From Bacillus phage vB_BanS-Thrax3, in the sequence record ON548419.1: DNA of 24,000 nt; one strand, written 5' to 3'. Below are positions 1 through 7,986 of the stretch, one piece after another. The translations under genes and the position numbers were made by a program. Each line of letters opens with the position of its first letter. Position 1 is the first letter of the stretch. The notes beneath the pieces are model-generated. The model made no database searches, had not been told where the DNA came from, and saw only the letters and a program-made list of their open reading frames with translations.

Positions 1-972
1 CTCTAAATCAAGGAAACCTTTTAAGTTGTGATAAGATTTCATATTAAATCTATCCGCAACAATCTTTATGTCGTCTAAAGAAAGTTCATTTTCTCCTTTA
101 ATTAATTCATTCGCATAGTACATCATTCCGCTACGTTGTATATATTTTGCAGTCAGCTTATCAAATTGTAGCGCTTCTGCTATGTTTTTCATTCTTCTAT
201 AGACAACAAATTTATCTACAGGTGCATTTATACTTTTATGAGTTTTAGTTATTGATGCTCTAACTATATAATGACTATTTACTAAATCATTTGTCTTTTT
301 AATATTATCTTGAGCAATCATATCTCCATTCTTTTTCAAGTATATCTTTTGTTCATATGCATTTTTAATTAATTCTAAAGTTCTGTCGTCTACATCTAAG
401 AATCGTTCTGTGAATTTAACAGGTAGACCATTCTTGTCTTCTTTAAGGGTATTCAAAAGGTGAAGTCTTTTATTCTCAAAGTCCACATCGGAAATTCTAA
501 GATTTCTAATTTCACTCATTTGTTTACCACCTACGCCTACAAAGGAAAGTCTTAGAATAACTGAATCTTGAGGATTCACACATCTATCCTCATATCTTCT
601 CAAAGTTTTTTCTGTAATATAAACTTCTTCATTAGTAAGGTATTTCTCAAAATCCTTAGGTTTTAATGAAGCTAAGACATTTTCTTTAATTTTTCCATGC
701 TTTACGCACCAGTTTAAGTAACTAGAGATAATACGTGCATAAGTTTCTACAGTATTTCTATTGTTAGACTTAAAATTAAATAGTACAGTTTCCAGTTCAC
801 TAAAAGTAAACAACCGTATATCTTTGTCCAGTGCAAATTCGTGTTTAGAAGTATATTTGAAGATACGTTTATAACTAAAGACTGTATTTTCGTTTACTGC
901 TTCTAAAAGAAAAGTCTCTTTCAAACCATCTTTGTCAAATATAGAATTATCATTTGTGTTTATAACCGCCAT
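1..972 (-). CDS. Tyrosine-recombinase-fold protein, candidate catalytically inactive phage repressor (partial, 324 codons, runs off left edge)
   Basis: Hand translation MAVINTNDNSIFDKDGLKETFLLEAVNENTVFSYKRIFKYTSKHEFALDKD...NTVETYARIISSYLNWCVKHGKIKENVLASL...LRLSFVGVGGKQMSEIRNLRISDVDFENKRLHL...; N-terminal SAM-like/core-binding pattern plus the SEI..L...D(V)D signature of integrases, with the usual active-site Arg position not Arg. Preceded by GGAG and a promoter at 1063-1091. Not in ORF track because it is open at the edge. Confidence 0.75.
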   Translation of the reverse strand, partial: MAVINTNDNSIFDKDGLKETFLLEAVNENTVFSYKRIFKYTSKHEFALDKDIRLFTFSELETVLFNFKSNNRNTVETYARIISSYLNWCVKHGKIKENVLASLKPKDFEKYLTNEEVYITEKTLRRYEDRCVNPQDSVILRLSFVGVGGKQMSEIRNLRISDVDFENKRLHLLNTLKEDKNGLPVKFTERFLDVDDRTLELIKNAYEQKIYLKKNGDMIAQDNIKKTNDLVNSHYIVRASITKTHKSINAPVDKFVVYRRMKNIAEALQFDKLTAKYIQRSGMMYYANELIKGENELSLDDIKIVADRFNMKSYHNLKGFLDLE

Positions 973-1062
973 ATTTTTATCACTCCAAGTTTTTAGTTTT
1001 ATAAGTCTTACTATAGTTATACCCACTCGCAAGGCATTTTATGCATATTTTCATTCGATTAA

Positions 1063-1091
1063 ATTCTATCAGTTTTGTCGAATTGTGTCAA
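1063..1091 (-). promoter_or_regulatory. Promoter of the left-edge recombinase-fold gene: TTGACA-17-TAGAAT
   Basis: minus strand TTGACA CAATTCGACAAAACTGA TAGAAT. Confidence 0.65.
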
Positions 1092-1236
1092 ATGGTTATA
1101 GTTGTCTCTATAGAGACCTTTTTGAGTGGGTTATAGACTGTATAAAACACGACTTTTATCCATTTTTCATGGTAGTTAGAATGCTCTCTATAGACATGGT
1201 TTATAGAGTGTCGAAATATCGCTTATTTCTGTACTC

Positions 1237-1265
1237 ATTATATAATTATTTTTTACGCCTGTCAA
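1237..1265 (-). promoter_or_regulatory. Second, distal promoter: TTGACA-17-TATAAT
   Basis: minus strand AGTTGACAGGCGTAAAAAATAATTATATAAT, directly after stop of 1266..1832. Confidence 0.75.
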
Positions 1266-1832
1266 CTACTTTTGAACAGGAACTTTTACTAATTCTTCAT
1301 TAGATTTTACAATAAATTCTGTGCTTTTTCCAATTAAATCCAGACCTTCCTGCATTTTATCTGCATTCATTTCATCAACTGCTTCCATAATCTTAACTTT
1401 ACTCTGCATGAAATAATCGTATCCTTGCAGTAATAAATTATGCGTATTTTGATACTGCTCTGGTACATCCTTATAATTCTTCACTGTATTATAATCTGCT
1501 TCAATTTTATCATACTCTTTTGTTAAATCCGATTTCCAATCTGGGTTGGCTAATAACTGCGGATGCATAGATGCCTTTTTAAATAAAGCACTAATGTTCG
1601 GTGTAACCTTTCCAGAATTAGTCGTTGCATTTGAAACGGCATTTAAATAATTTACCGCTCTGTGTTTTTGGACAGCCTGCATATCCACTACTGGCTCACT
1701 CTTTTGTTCAACTTTAGGCTCTGCTTTTGGTTTGTCTTGTACTTTTTCGGCTGTCGATGAACACCCTACAATACCTCCTGCAATTGTTAATACTAATACG
1801 GTCTTGCTAAACTTAGATAACATTGTAATCAT
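1266..1832 (-). CDS. Putative lipoprotein
   Basis: MLSKFSKTVLVLTIAGGIVGCSS signal peptide with lipobox. Confidence 0.8.
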   Translation of the reverse strand: MITMLSKFSKTVLVLTIAGGIVGCSSTAEKVQDKPKAEPKVEQKSEPVVDMQAVQKHRAVNYLNAVSNATTNSGKVTPNISALFKKASMHPQLLANPDWKSDLTKEYDKIEADYNTVKNYKDVPEQYQNTHNLLLQGYDYFMQSKVKIMEAVDEMNADKMQEGLDLIGKSTEFIVKSNEELVKVPVQK

Positions 1833-1883
1833 CCCCTTATATTTTTATGGTATATATATATGAAAGAAGCCACAAATAAATGA

Positions 1884-2375
1884 CTATTTTTTGTGGCTCT
1901 CTACATACGCTATTGCATTTTTAACATCCGCACCAACTGTTTCTAGTGCCTTTAATGCGCTTACCGCCTTATACGTTGGCACTGCCCAACACTGATACTC
2001 CTTTATATATCTACGTGTAGGCAAGTTTTTTAGGACGCTAATGAACTTTTCATTAAATCTAAAACTAATCAATGTTTCTTCTTCTACTATAGCTACACTG
2101 ACTCCTAGACTACGATTATTAGTATTCCCAATTTCTCCTAGTTTTAAAGCCGTAAGTTTCATTTTCTCTTTATCTACATTTAATTGTGTTGCAGAATACT
2201 TGACTAATCTTTTTGCTAGGTCTGCATATTGAGCATTACTTAGACCATTATAATAAGTCTTACAAGCTCCATAGTCACCCTTATTGTAACCTACACCATC
2301 ATCTTGTGTAGGTTTGCCACGACCTAATAAAAACTCGTTAAAAGATAATAGTTCTTCTTTGCTAAATAATTCCAT
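1884..2375 (-). CDS. Hypothetical protein with HARP-like (SNF2/SMARCAL1 N-terminal) motif
   Basis: LISFRFNEKFISVLKNLPTRRYIKEYQCWAVP; start adjusted to MELFSKEE downstream of GGGGTG. Confidence 0.7.
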   Translation of the reverse strand: MELFSKEELLSFNEFLLGRGKPTQDDGVGYNKGDYGACKTYYNGLSNAQYADLAKRLVKYSATQLNVDKEKMKLTALKLGEIGNTNNRSLGVSVAIVEEETLISFRFNEKFISVLKNLPTRRYIKEYQCWAVPTYKAVSALKALETVGADVKNAIAYVESHKK

Positions 2376-2379
2376 ACGG

Positions 2380-2808
2380 TTACACCCCAAATACTTTCAT
2401 ATTTTTATTGTATAAGCTCCAATCTAATGTAGCGTGGCGGTCGTGAAAATCATTCATCCATACAGTAACTATATTGTTCAACGTCAAACTAAACACTGCA
2501 TGAATATTGTGATGTTTATTTACAATTGCTTTTGAGCGCAATACCACTCGTTCTTCATAGATTTTATGTTCGTGGTTGTATAATATGCGGTATTCAATGA
2601 TGGAGGAATGACTAATCGTGGAAATAATATCGTTTCTTGTTGCTTCAATCCCCTTCTCTTCAATCCTGTCTAATGCGTGGTCAATAAGATTCCATTCCCA
2701 CTCCTGAACACTTTTTAACCGTTTCCATAAACCAATTTCCTCAAACCTTTCCAATTGCGAACCATGCTTGCGCATTCCGCTATATTTTTTCAACTCTTTA
2801 TCCTCCAT
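2380..2808 (-). CDS. Hypothetical protein, possibly DUF4258/BECR-like
   Basis: ORF with GGGGAG SD and promoter 2843-2871; ...IDHALDRIEEKGIEATRNDIISTI...IEYRI... Confidence 0.75.
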   Translation of the reverse strand: MEDKELKKYSGMRKHGSQLERFEEIGLWKRLKSVQEWEWNLIDHALDRIEEKGIEATRNDIISTISHSSIIEYRILYNHEHKIYEERVVLRSKAIVNKHHNIHAVFSLTLNNIVTVWMNDFHDRHATLDWSLYNKNMKVFGV

Positions 2809-2842
2809 GACTCACTCCCCATTTCGTATTTTGTATGTATTT

Positions 2843-2871
2843 ATTATATGATTAATTTTTGCTTTAGTCAA
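2843..2871 (-). promoter_or_regulatory. Promoter TTGACT-17-TATAAT
   Basis: CTATTGACTAAAGCAAAAATTAATCATATAAT. Confidence 0.8.
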
Positions 2872-2888
2872 TAGAAATTGCAAATATT

Positions 2889-3221
2889 TCAGACAATATT
2901 CGCAATTTCTTCGGCAAAATCAATCCCTTTAACAATCTTGTGTGTGGCTTTCCAAAAATCCATACCAAATTCTTTTGCCATCTTTTCAGCTTTCAAAGTG
3001 TTTTCACGATTTAATTTGCATGTCGATACGTTATACTGTACTCGTTGTTCATACAATATAACAATTATCCCTTTGTATTCGACTTTGAAGGAGAAAGGTT
3101 CTTCGCCCTTCTCCCATTCACCATACTCGACTACAGACTGAATAATCGGTTTTGACATGCCACGCTTCGCCATACGTCTTAATAAATGTTGCGTAAAGAA
3201 TAACGGTTTATTTTTCTTCAT
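2889..3221 (-). CDS. DUF4258-like protein
   Basis: MKKNKPLFFTQHLLRRMAKRGMSKPIIQSVVEYGEWEKGE; start adjusted because ATGA overlaps the stop of the 3218 gene. Confidence 0.7.
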   Translation of the reverse strand: MKKNKPLFFTQHLLRRMAKRGMSKPIIQSVVEYGEWEKGEEPFSFKVEYKGIIVILYEQRVQYNVSTCKLNRENTLKAEKMAKEFGMDFWKATHKIVKGIDFAEEIANIV

Positions 3222-3703
3222 GTCATCACTCTCTTCCCCCTGTATATAAGTTTCCCACCACATGGACATCTGTGGTTATTTCCATTGTTTGGTAGCTTCC
3301 TAGTTCTTTTAAAATTTTCTCCACAGCTCTTACACTGGTATAATTGCACTTTACGTGCAATATCATATTTATTGATTGTCTTCTGACTAACAACTCCTAA
3401 TCTCTTCAATTCATCTTCAAATACCTTGTCGCCATCGTCATGAGGTAATCGTTTCATATACAAGGCGTAATGCACTAGTTCGTGTTTTAATACATCTAAA
3501 ACCATTTTCACATCATTGTACTGCACGAAGACCTTATTCATTTCTATTCGCAAAGGTCTCCTTTCATCACCACTGTAATATATAAATCTACCTTTCACAT
3601 TTACTAACCGCCCGTTTAACTTCAACGGAACAGTTAACTTAATTCCATATGTTTCCATTAAAAACTTGTCAGCAAATCGTTTCATCTGCACAATGGACAA
3701 CAT
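3218..3703 (-). CDS. SprT-like zinc metallopeptidase-family protein
   Basis: HELVHYALY motif plus C-terminal zinc ribbon CKSCGENF...HRCPCGG. Confidence 0.88.
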   Translation of the reverse strand: MLSIVQMKRFADKFLMETYGIKLTVPLKLNGRLVNVKGRFIYYSGDERRPLRIEMNKVFVQYNDVKMVLDVLKHELVHYALYMKRLPHDDGDKVFEDELKRLGVVSQKTINKYDIARKVQLYQCKSCGENFKRTRKLPNNGNNHRCPCGGKLIYRGKRVMT

Positions 3704-3781
3704 CGTGAATCACCTCTTAATTCATCTTATGCGTTTTATGTATTATGTAACACAAATAATTATCATTTGCTTTTGTCCATA

Positions 3782-4129
3782 TTATTTATAGCAGTAATGT
3801 TCACTGCCATTTTGATTATTTGCAGGATTCATACGTGGTGTGATTGAAACTCCACCTTGCGTACTCCCTGTTTCTACAATAATGTATTCACATGTGCCAT
3901 ATTTTGTTTTATCTTTGTAGATTGATACATCTGCTATAGGTGTATTGCTACGTGCGTCAACAGGATTAATCAGATTGAATAGTGTAGGCGTTGCCATCAT
4001 CAACCCAAGAGACACTGACAGACATCCTCCCAATATACCAATCTTTTTTAAATCTGAAATCAACTGCTCTTTCTTGCTCTTTACTGGTTTCATTTTCTTT
4101 CTTGGATACATGCATGACATGTTAATCAC
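3782..4129 (-). CDS. Hypothetical protein with one hydrophobic segment
   Basis: ORF, promoter 4151-4179. Confidence 0.65.
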   Translation of the reverse strand: MINMSCMYPRKKMKPVKSKKEQLISDLKKIGILGGCLSVSLGLMMATPTLFNLINPVDARSNTPIADVSIYKDKTKYGTCEYIIVETGSTQGGVSITPRMNPANNQNGSEHYCYK

Positions 4130-4150
4130 TCCTTTTATGTTTGTAATAAC

Positions 4151-4179
4151 AATATATCATTAATTTTGGCTCTTGTCAA
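4151..4179 (-). promoter_or_regulatory. Promoter TTGACA-17-TATATT, CTGTTGACA operator family
   Basis: CTGTTGACAAGAGCCAAAATTAATGATATATT. Confidence 0.85.
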
Positions 4180-4396
4180 CAGATTCTAAATAACTTTTTC
4201 CAAAAACCTCTGTAAACATTCCAAACTTTAAATGCAAGAATGAGACAACTAATCCAACTGGAATTGGGCTAAATAACATACTCCACGATGGTTCTAATGC
4301 TTTTGTACCTGTTACAAGATAGATAGTCAGTGAAGCGACTCCCATCATTAACATGTACCAGTAAGCTTCCGCAAAAACCTTTAAATATCTCTTCAT
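4160..4396 (-). CDS. Small membrane protein
   Basis: two hydrophobic segments. Confidence 0.7.
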   Translation of the reverse strand: MKRYLKVFAEAYWYMLMMGVASLTIYLVTGTKALEPSWSMLFSPIPVGLVVSFLHLKFGMFTEVFGKSYLESVDKSQN

Positions 4397-4650
4397 TTAT
4401 CCATCTCCTTTAATAGTTTAGTAAGTAATTCATTTACACCCATAAACACAGGTGCGATGATTTCATTTTTCAAATCCTCTCTATCATCTCGCACCATATG
4501 AGTGATGATTACCATCTTGCCTACTAATTCTTCTAAATTCATCTTTTTAGGCACTCCAAGTCCTACAAGTTGACTTTTGCCATTGTGTTCTATAATGATT
4601 GCTCTATCACTATAGCCAATTACCCTTTTAGGAATCGTTCGTGTTTTCAT
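4393..4650 (-). CDS. Hypothetical protein
   Basis: ORF, ATGA overlap with next gene. Confidence 0.75.
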   Translation of the reverse strand: MKTRTIPKRVIGYSDRAIIIEHNGKSQLVGLGVPKKMNLEELVGKMVIITHMVRDDREDLKNEIIAPVFMGVNELLTKLLKEMDK

Positions 4651-4662
4651 GTTTAATCCTCC

Positions 4663-5058
4663 CTATTTTACCTCTGGATATTTTTTTTGTAATTTTTTAA
4701 GCAGGCGAATCTCATCTTCTTCTTTTATCTTTGCATAATACGCCTTTTCTTCTTCTTCTTTTTCTTTTCTTAGACGTTCTCGCTCTTCATACTCTTCTTT
4801 TAATTTTTCTAAAGCTTCATCATCATACAAATATAAAGTACGAAATGTTGCGCTACAGTCATCTCCCCATGCATCTGTACCGAAAATCCATGTCTCTTCT
4901 TCCGAAACTTCATAAACTCCATCGACAGATAATGAATGAGTTTTATTATTACTATATTTAGAGGTATACCCTGTGACTATCTCTGCTCTATTTTTTAATC
5001 TTTCCAATATCCCAATAAATGTATCTACCTCTTCTTTAGTTAACTTCTCTCCATACAT
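4663..5058 (-). CDS. Hypothetical protein, charged C-terminus
   Basis: ORF with SD. Confidence 0.7.
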   Translation of the reverse strand: MYGEKLTKEEVDTFIGILERLKNRAEIVTGYTSKYSNNKTHSLSVDGVYEVSEEETWIFGTDAWGDDCSATFRTLYLYDDEALEKLKEEYEERERLRKEKEEEEKAYYAKIKEEDEIRLLKKLQKKYPEVK

Positions 5059-5059
5059 A

Positions 5060-5281
5060 TTATTTTCCCTCCAATGGTGTTTGAATGTGATTTCTCATAT
5101 AATATTGACCTTTAAAATTGGCATCGTAACTAAATATTAACTCTCCATTTATTTCTACGGTGACTAAATCCTTGCCGTCAATTGTATCATGCTTCACTTC
5201 GACTCTTTCAATATCTTTCTTCATCAGTGTTCCGCAACCCACACCCTCTGAAACAGAGTTTATAAAAACATTATGATACAT
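5060..5281 (-). CDS. Hypothetical protein
   Basis: ORF with AGGAGGG SD. Confidence 0.65.
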   Translation of the reverse strand: MYHNVFINSVSEGVGCGTLMKKDIERVEVKHDTIDGKDLVTVEINGELIFSYDANFKGQYYMRNHIQTPLEGK

Positions 5282-5294
5282 ATCATAATCCCTC

Positions 5295-5387
5295 CTACCA
5301 CATGATAAATGTCCAAATAATTTGTGAAATCAACGCTCCAACAGTAATCCACATTGCTCTCTCAATCCAGTAATTAAATTTTTTCAC
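5295..5387 (-). CDS. 30-aa membrane microprotein (GTG start)
   Basis: VKKFNYWIERAMWITVGALISQIIWTFIMW* preceded by GAGGTG; below track cutoff. Confidence 0.6.
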   Translation of the reverse strand: MKKFNYWIERAMWITVGALISQIIWTFIMW

Positions 5388-5411
5388 ATTTCACCTCATA
5401 AAATGGAAGTT

Positions 5412-5516
5412 TTATCCTTTAAGTATTTCTCTGATTTCTCCTGCATAAACAGATTCATCATCCCACATACCACTAATTAATTCTTCAATCTTTTTTAACT
5501 TTTCTTCCGCTGTCAT
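5412..5516 (-). CDS. 34-aa microprotein
   Basis: MTAEEKLKKIEELISGMWDDESVYAGEIREILKG* preceded by GAAGGAG. Confidence 0.6.
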   Translation of the reverse strand: MTAEEKLKKIEELISGMWDDESVYAGEIREILKG

Positions 5517-5544
5517 AGTTTCACTCCTTCATAAAAGGGAAATT

Positions 5545-5730
5545 TTATTTACCTAAATGCTTTTTTAGAAACTCGTATATTACTTCTGCACTTTCATGAT
5601 TAATGAGCAAGCCATTTACATCACCGTTTTGATACAAATCAATTCCAAAATATCCATTACCATAATCAACAACTAACTCATCATCTTTTATTACAGCACA
5701 TCTAACTGATACTTCTTTCATCTCTATCAC
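5545..5730 (-). CDS. Hypothetical protein (GTG at 5730 or ATG at 5721)
   Basis: ORF. Confidence 0.65.
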   Translation of the reverse strand: MIEMKEVSVRCAVIKDDELVVDYGNGYFGIDLYQNGDVNGLLINHESAEVIYEFLKKHLGK

Positions 5731-5870
5731 CCTTTTACTTTATTTATTTTTTTGCATTTACGACATTTCATTTCATGCTCTACAATCACTCTTTTTGCTC
5801 CCAACCAACCCTCATTCATAGTTCTAGGTGGTGATGGAATTGGATACCCACATTTGCAAATTTTAACCAC
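5727..5870 (-). CDS. 47-aa zinc-ribbon-like microprotein (GTG start)
   Basis: VVKICKCGYPIPSPPRTMNEGWLGAKRVIVEHEMKCRKCKKINKVKG* after GAAGGAG. Confidence 0.65.
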   Translation of the reverse strand: MVKICKCGYPIPSPPRTMNEGWLGAKRVIVEHEMKCRKCKKINKVKG

Positions 5871-5901
5871 ACTACCACTCCTTCATAAAAGTAAGAATTT
5901 A

Positions 5902-6231
5902 TTAATCCCACCATTTTTCAATATTATTTTTCATACCATCAAACACAATATCTTTATCTTTCTGTTTAAGCTCTTCTGGTCTTTCTTCTTCCCCTACATA
6001 ATATTCATCATCTATCAATCTCTTTAGGGCATCTTTTACTTCTTTTATTTCATTAGCTGTTTCTTTCCAATCTGCAATACTAGCATACTTACTACGGAAA
6101 AATTGCTCTTTAAGTTCTAATTTTCTGTATAAAATATCATATGTAAATCCATAGTCCCAATGTTCATCCTTCAATATGACTGGCAACCAGTCTCTCAAAT
6201 TTCTTATCGCTCTTCTAATTGAATAAAACAT
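5902..6231 (-). CDS. Hypothetical protein
   Basis: start MFYSIRRAIRN after AAAGGAGG. Confidence 0.75.
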   Translation of the reverse strand: MFYSIRRAIRNLRDWLPVILKDEHWDYGFTYDILYRKLELKEQFFRSKYASIADWKETANEIKEVKDALKRLIDDEYYVGEEERPEELKQKDKDIVFDGMKNNIEKWWD

Positions 6232-6232
6232 A

Positions 6233-6418
6233 TTAATCCTCCTTTTTATATTCAGCTTTCGAAACTGCATATTGCACTGCATTGTATTGAGTATAAATAA
6301 TCACCTCTCTACTTTTCATATGTGGATTGTGTCTTTCCACATATTCATGTAGCGCTTTAAAGATGTCTTTTTCAGTTAATTTGATTTCAATTTGAGCCAT
6401 TGCTATCCTCTCCTTCAA
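6233..6418 (-). CDS. Hypothetical protein
   Basis: ORF with SD. Confidence 0.65.
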   Translation of the reverse strand: MKERIAMAQIEIKLTEKDIFKALHEYVERHNPHMKSREVIIYTQYNAVQYAVSKAEYKKED

Positions 6419-6758
6419 ACTCTTTCTTGATACCTTTTAAAAATTCCTCTACATGCCTTTTGTCAACTTTGCCATTATGCGTTCTACGTTTAAGCCATAG
6501 ATACCATGAGTGCAATTCATCATAAATTTTAACTTTTTCTTCTAAACTTAATCCATCTATGATTGAATAATGTAATTGCAACATTGTTCTCATTGCAGGA
6601 GTGGAGCATGACAATGTTTTATGATGACCACCTTGCTCATCTATTCTATGAATATACCAACGACCATCATAATCTTCATTTAACGTCCATATATCACCAG
6701 TTTCATTGCTCATATATTTTGCGCCATCTTCCATAACTACTCTACCCATTATGTTCAT
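6387..6758 (-). CDS. Hypothetical protein
   Basis: ORF. Confidence 0.7.
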   Translation of the reverse strand: MNIMGRVVMEDGAKYMSNETGDIWTLNEDYDGRWYIHRIDEQGGHHKTLSCSTPAMRTMLQLHYSIIDGLSLEEKVKIYDELHSWYLWLKRRTHNGKVDKRHVEEFLKGIKKEFEGEDSNGSN

Positions 6759-6761
6759 CTC

Positions 6762-7262
6762 CTATTCGTAAATATATTCAAATTCCCATCCATTTAAAAG
6801 TCCATCAGTTATGTATCCAATACTATCTTTTTTATCATACTCAAACACAACCGCATGTGCTCTGTAGATAGTAGTTTCGTATTTAGTATAATCTTTACCA
6901 CGTCTATGTTCGATACTCCATCCTTCTAGATAGTTGCCTTCTCTAGTTCGAATCACAAATCCAGTTGGGTCTAATTTAAATAAGTCCTCTCCACCTGTTA
7001 TTTCATGAGGTTCAAGACCGCTAATTTTACATTCAATTTCACTCAATTCGTTCGTATCGTACAAGGCGTAATATAATGCGTTTCTTTGTATACTAGCTTT
7101 TTCTGACCATCTCAATAACACTGAAAAAACCCTTTTTTCATCTGTACTTAAATTAGACCACCCTCCACCTTTATTTACAACTTCTTCTCTTCTCTTATCA
7201 ATTCTATCTTTAACCTTTGTTAAATAATTAATTTTTGCTTTTATCTCCTGTTCGCTTCTCAT
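6762..7262 (-). CDS. Hypothetical protein
   Basis: ORF with SD and promoter 7284-7312. Confidence 0.75.
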   Translation of the reverse strand: MRSEQEIKAKINYLTKVKDRIDKRREEVVNKGGGWSNLSTDEKRVFSVLLRWSEKASIQRNALYYALYDTNELSEIECKISGLEPHEITGGEDLFKLDPTGFVIRTREGNYLEGWSIEHRRGKDYTKYETTIYRAHAVVFEYDKKDSIGYITDGLLNGWEFEYIYE

Positions 7263-7283
7263 ATGTATTACCTCCGTGTTTTA

Positions 7284-7312
7284 AGTTTACTATGTTTATG
7301 CTCTGCTGTCAA
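7284..7312 (-). promoter_or_regulatory. Promoter TTGACA-17-TAAACT
   Basis: CTCTTGACAGCAGAGCATAAACATAGTAAACT. Confidence 0.8.
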
Positions 7313-7333
7313 GAGATTGTTTGTTAAAAACAG

Positions 7334-7353
7334 GAGGGATTTTTCAATCCCTC
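7334..7353 (-). terminator. Rho-independent terminator
   Basis: minus strand GAGGGATT-GAAA-AATCCCTC followed by CTGTTTTT. Confidence 0.85.
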
Positions 7354-7381
7354 TATATGTCAACCCCTATCCCTTGAATAT

Positions 7382-7410
7382 AATATACTATTATCTTTCT
7401 CCTGTGTCAA
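7382..7410 (-). promoter_or_regulatory. Promoter TTGACA-17-TATATT
   Basis: CTGTTGACACAGGAGAAAGATAATAGTATATT. Confidence 0.8.
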
Positions 7411-7431
7411 CAGAATATCGACAAGTTTATT

Positions 7432-7566
7432 TTAGTCTTTTATAAACACTGTTATTAATTTAAATATGCCTTTGAATATTAATCCTATTAGTTCAAAAAG
7501 AGCATCTATTGCGAATACGTCTGAAAAACTAGACCAGAAACTACTACGCTTCTTCTTTCTAGACAT
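7432..7566 (-). CDS. 44-aa cationic/hydrophobic microprotein
   Basis: MSRKKKRSSFWSSFSDVFAIDALFELIGLIFKGIFKLITVFIKD*, overlaps stop of the 7559 ORF. Confidence 0.6.
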   Translation of the reverse strand: MSRKKKRSSFWSSFSDVFAIDALFELIGLIFKGIFKLITVFIKD

Positions 7567-7723
7567 CGTAGTCACCCTTTCTAAGCCTTTCTTTTATTCT
7601 TTTACGGTCTTTCTTTTTCTTTTTATTCTCATCTGCCACAGTTGGCGGTGGCATGACACCACGATTCTGCGTCATGACACCAATTCTTTTCTTTTTATTT
7701 TTCTTCTTTTTCTTATTTGCCAT
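7559..7723 (-). CDS. 54-aa lysine-rich microprotein
   Basis: MANKKKKKNKKKRIGVMTQNRGVMPPPTVADENKKKKKDRKRIKERLRKGDYDV*. Confidence 0.6.
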   Translation of the reverse strand: MANKKKKKNKKKRIGVMTQNRGVMPPPTVADENKKKKKDRKRIKERLRKGDYDV

Positions 7724-7931
7724 CTTTCTTGTACACTCCTTTGATTCGCTCTTTTCGTAATTCTAGTTGTTGTACAACAAACTCTTGAAATGTAAATGAT
7801 GGTTTTCCATAACCGATAATATTTCTGTATTCATTTGATAAATGCGCTAACAATTCATCTGTAACCACTTCTTTAATTTCTTTTCCATTTTCCAATTTGA
7901 TTTTTAATATCGTTTTCCCCATATGTACCAA
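7713..7931 (-). CDS. Hypothetical protein
   Basis: ORF, promoter 7944-7972. Confidence 0.7.
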   Translation of the reverse strand: MVHMGKTILKIKLENGKEIKEVVTDELLAHLSNEYRNIIGYGKPSFTFQEFVVQQLELRKERIKGVYKKDGK

Positions 7932-7943
7932 CCTCCGATTTTT

Positions 7944-7972
7944 ATTATATGATTATCTTTTGCACTTGTCAA
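7944..7972 (-). promoter_or_regulatory. Promoter TTGACA-17-TATAAT
   Basis: TTGTTGACAAGTGCAAAAGATAATCATATAAT. Confidence 0.85.
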
Positions 7973-7986
7973 CAACAATTTAAGCA

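Noticed and set aside
932-1303. Plus-strand 123-aa ORF
   Set aside because: Antisense to the coherent minus-strand recombinase-fold gene and its leader; no SD, low-complexity aromatic composition.
3751-3779. TGGACA-17-TTTGTG upstream of the SprT-like gene
   Set aside because: Spacer resembles the AAAGCAAA class but the -10 is too poor to call; noted as a possible decayed promoter only.
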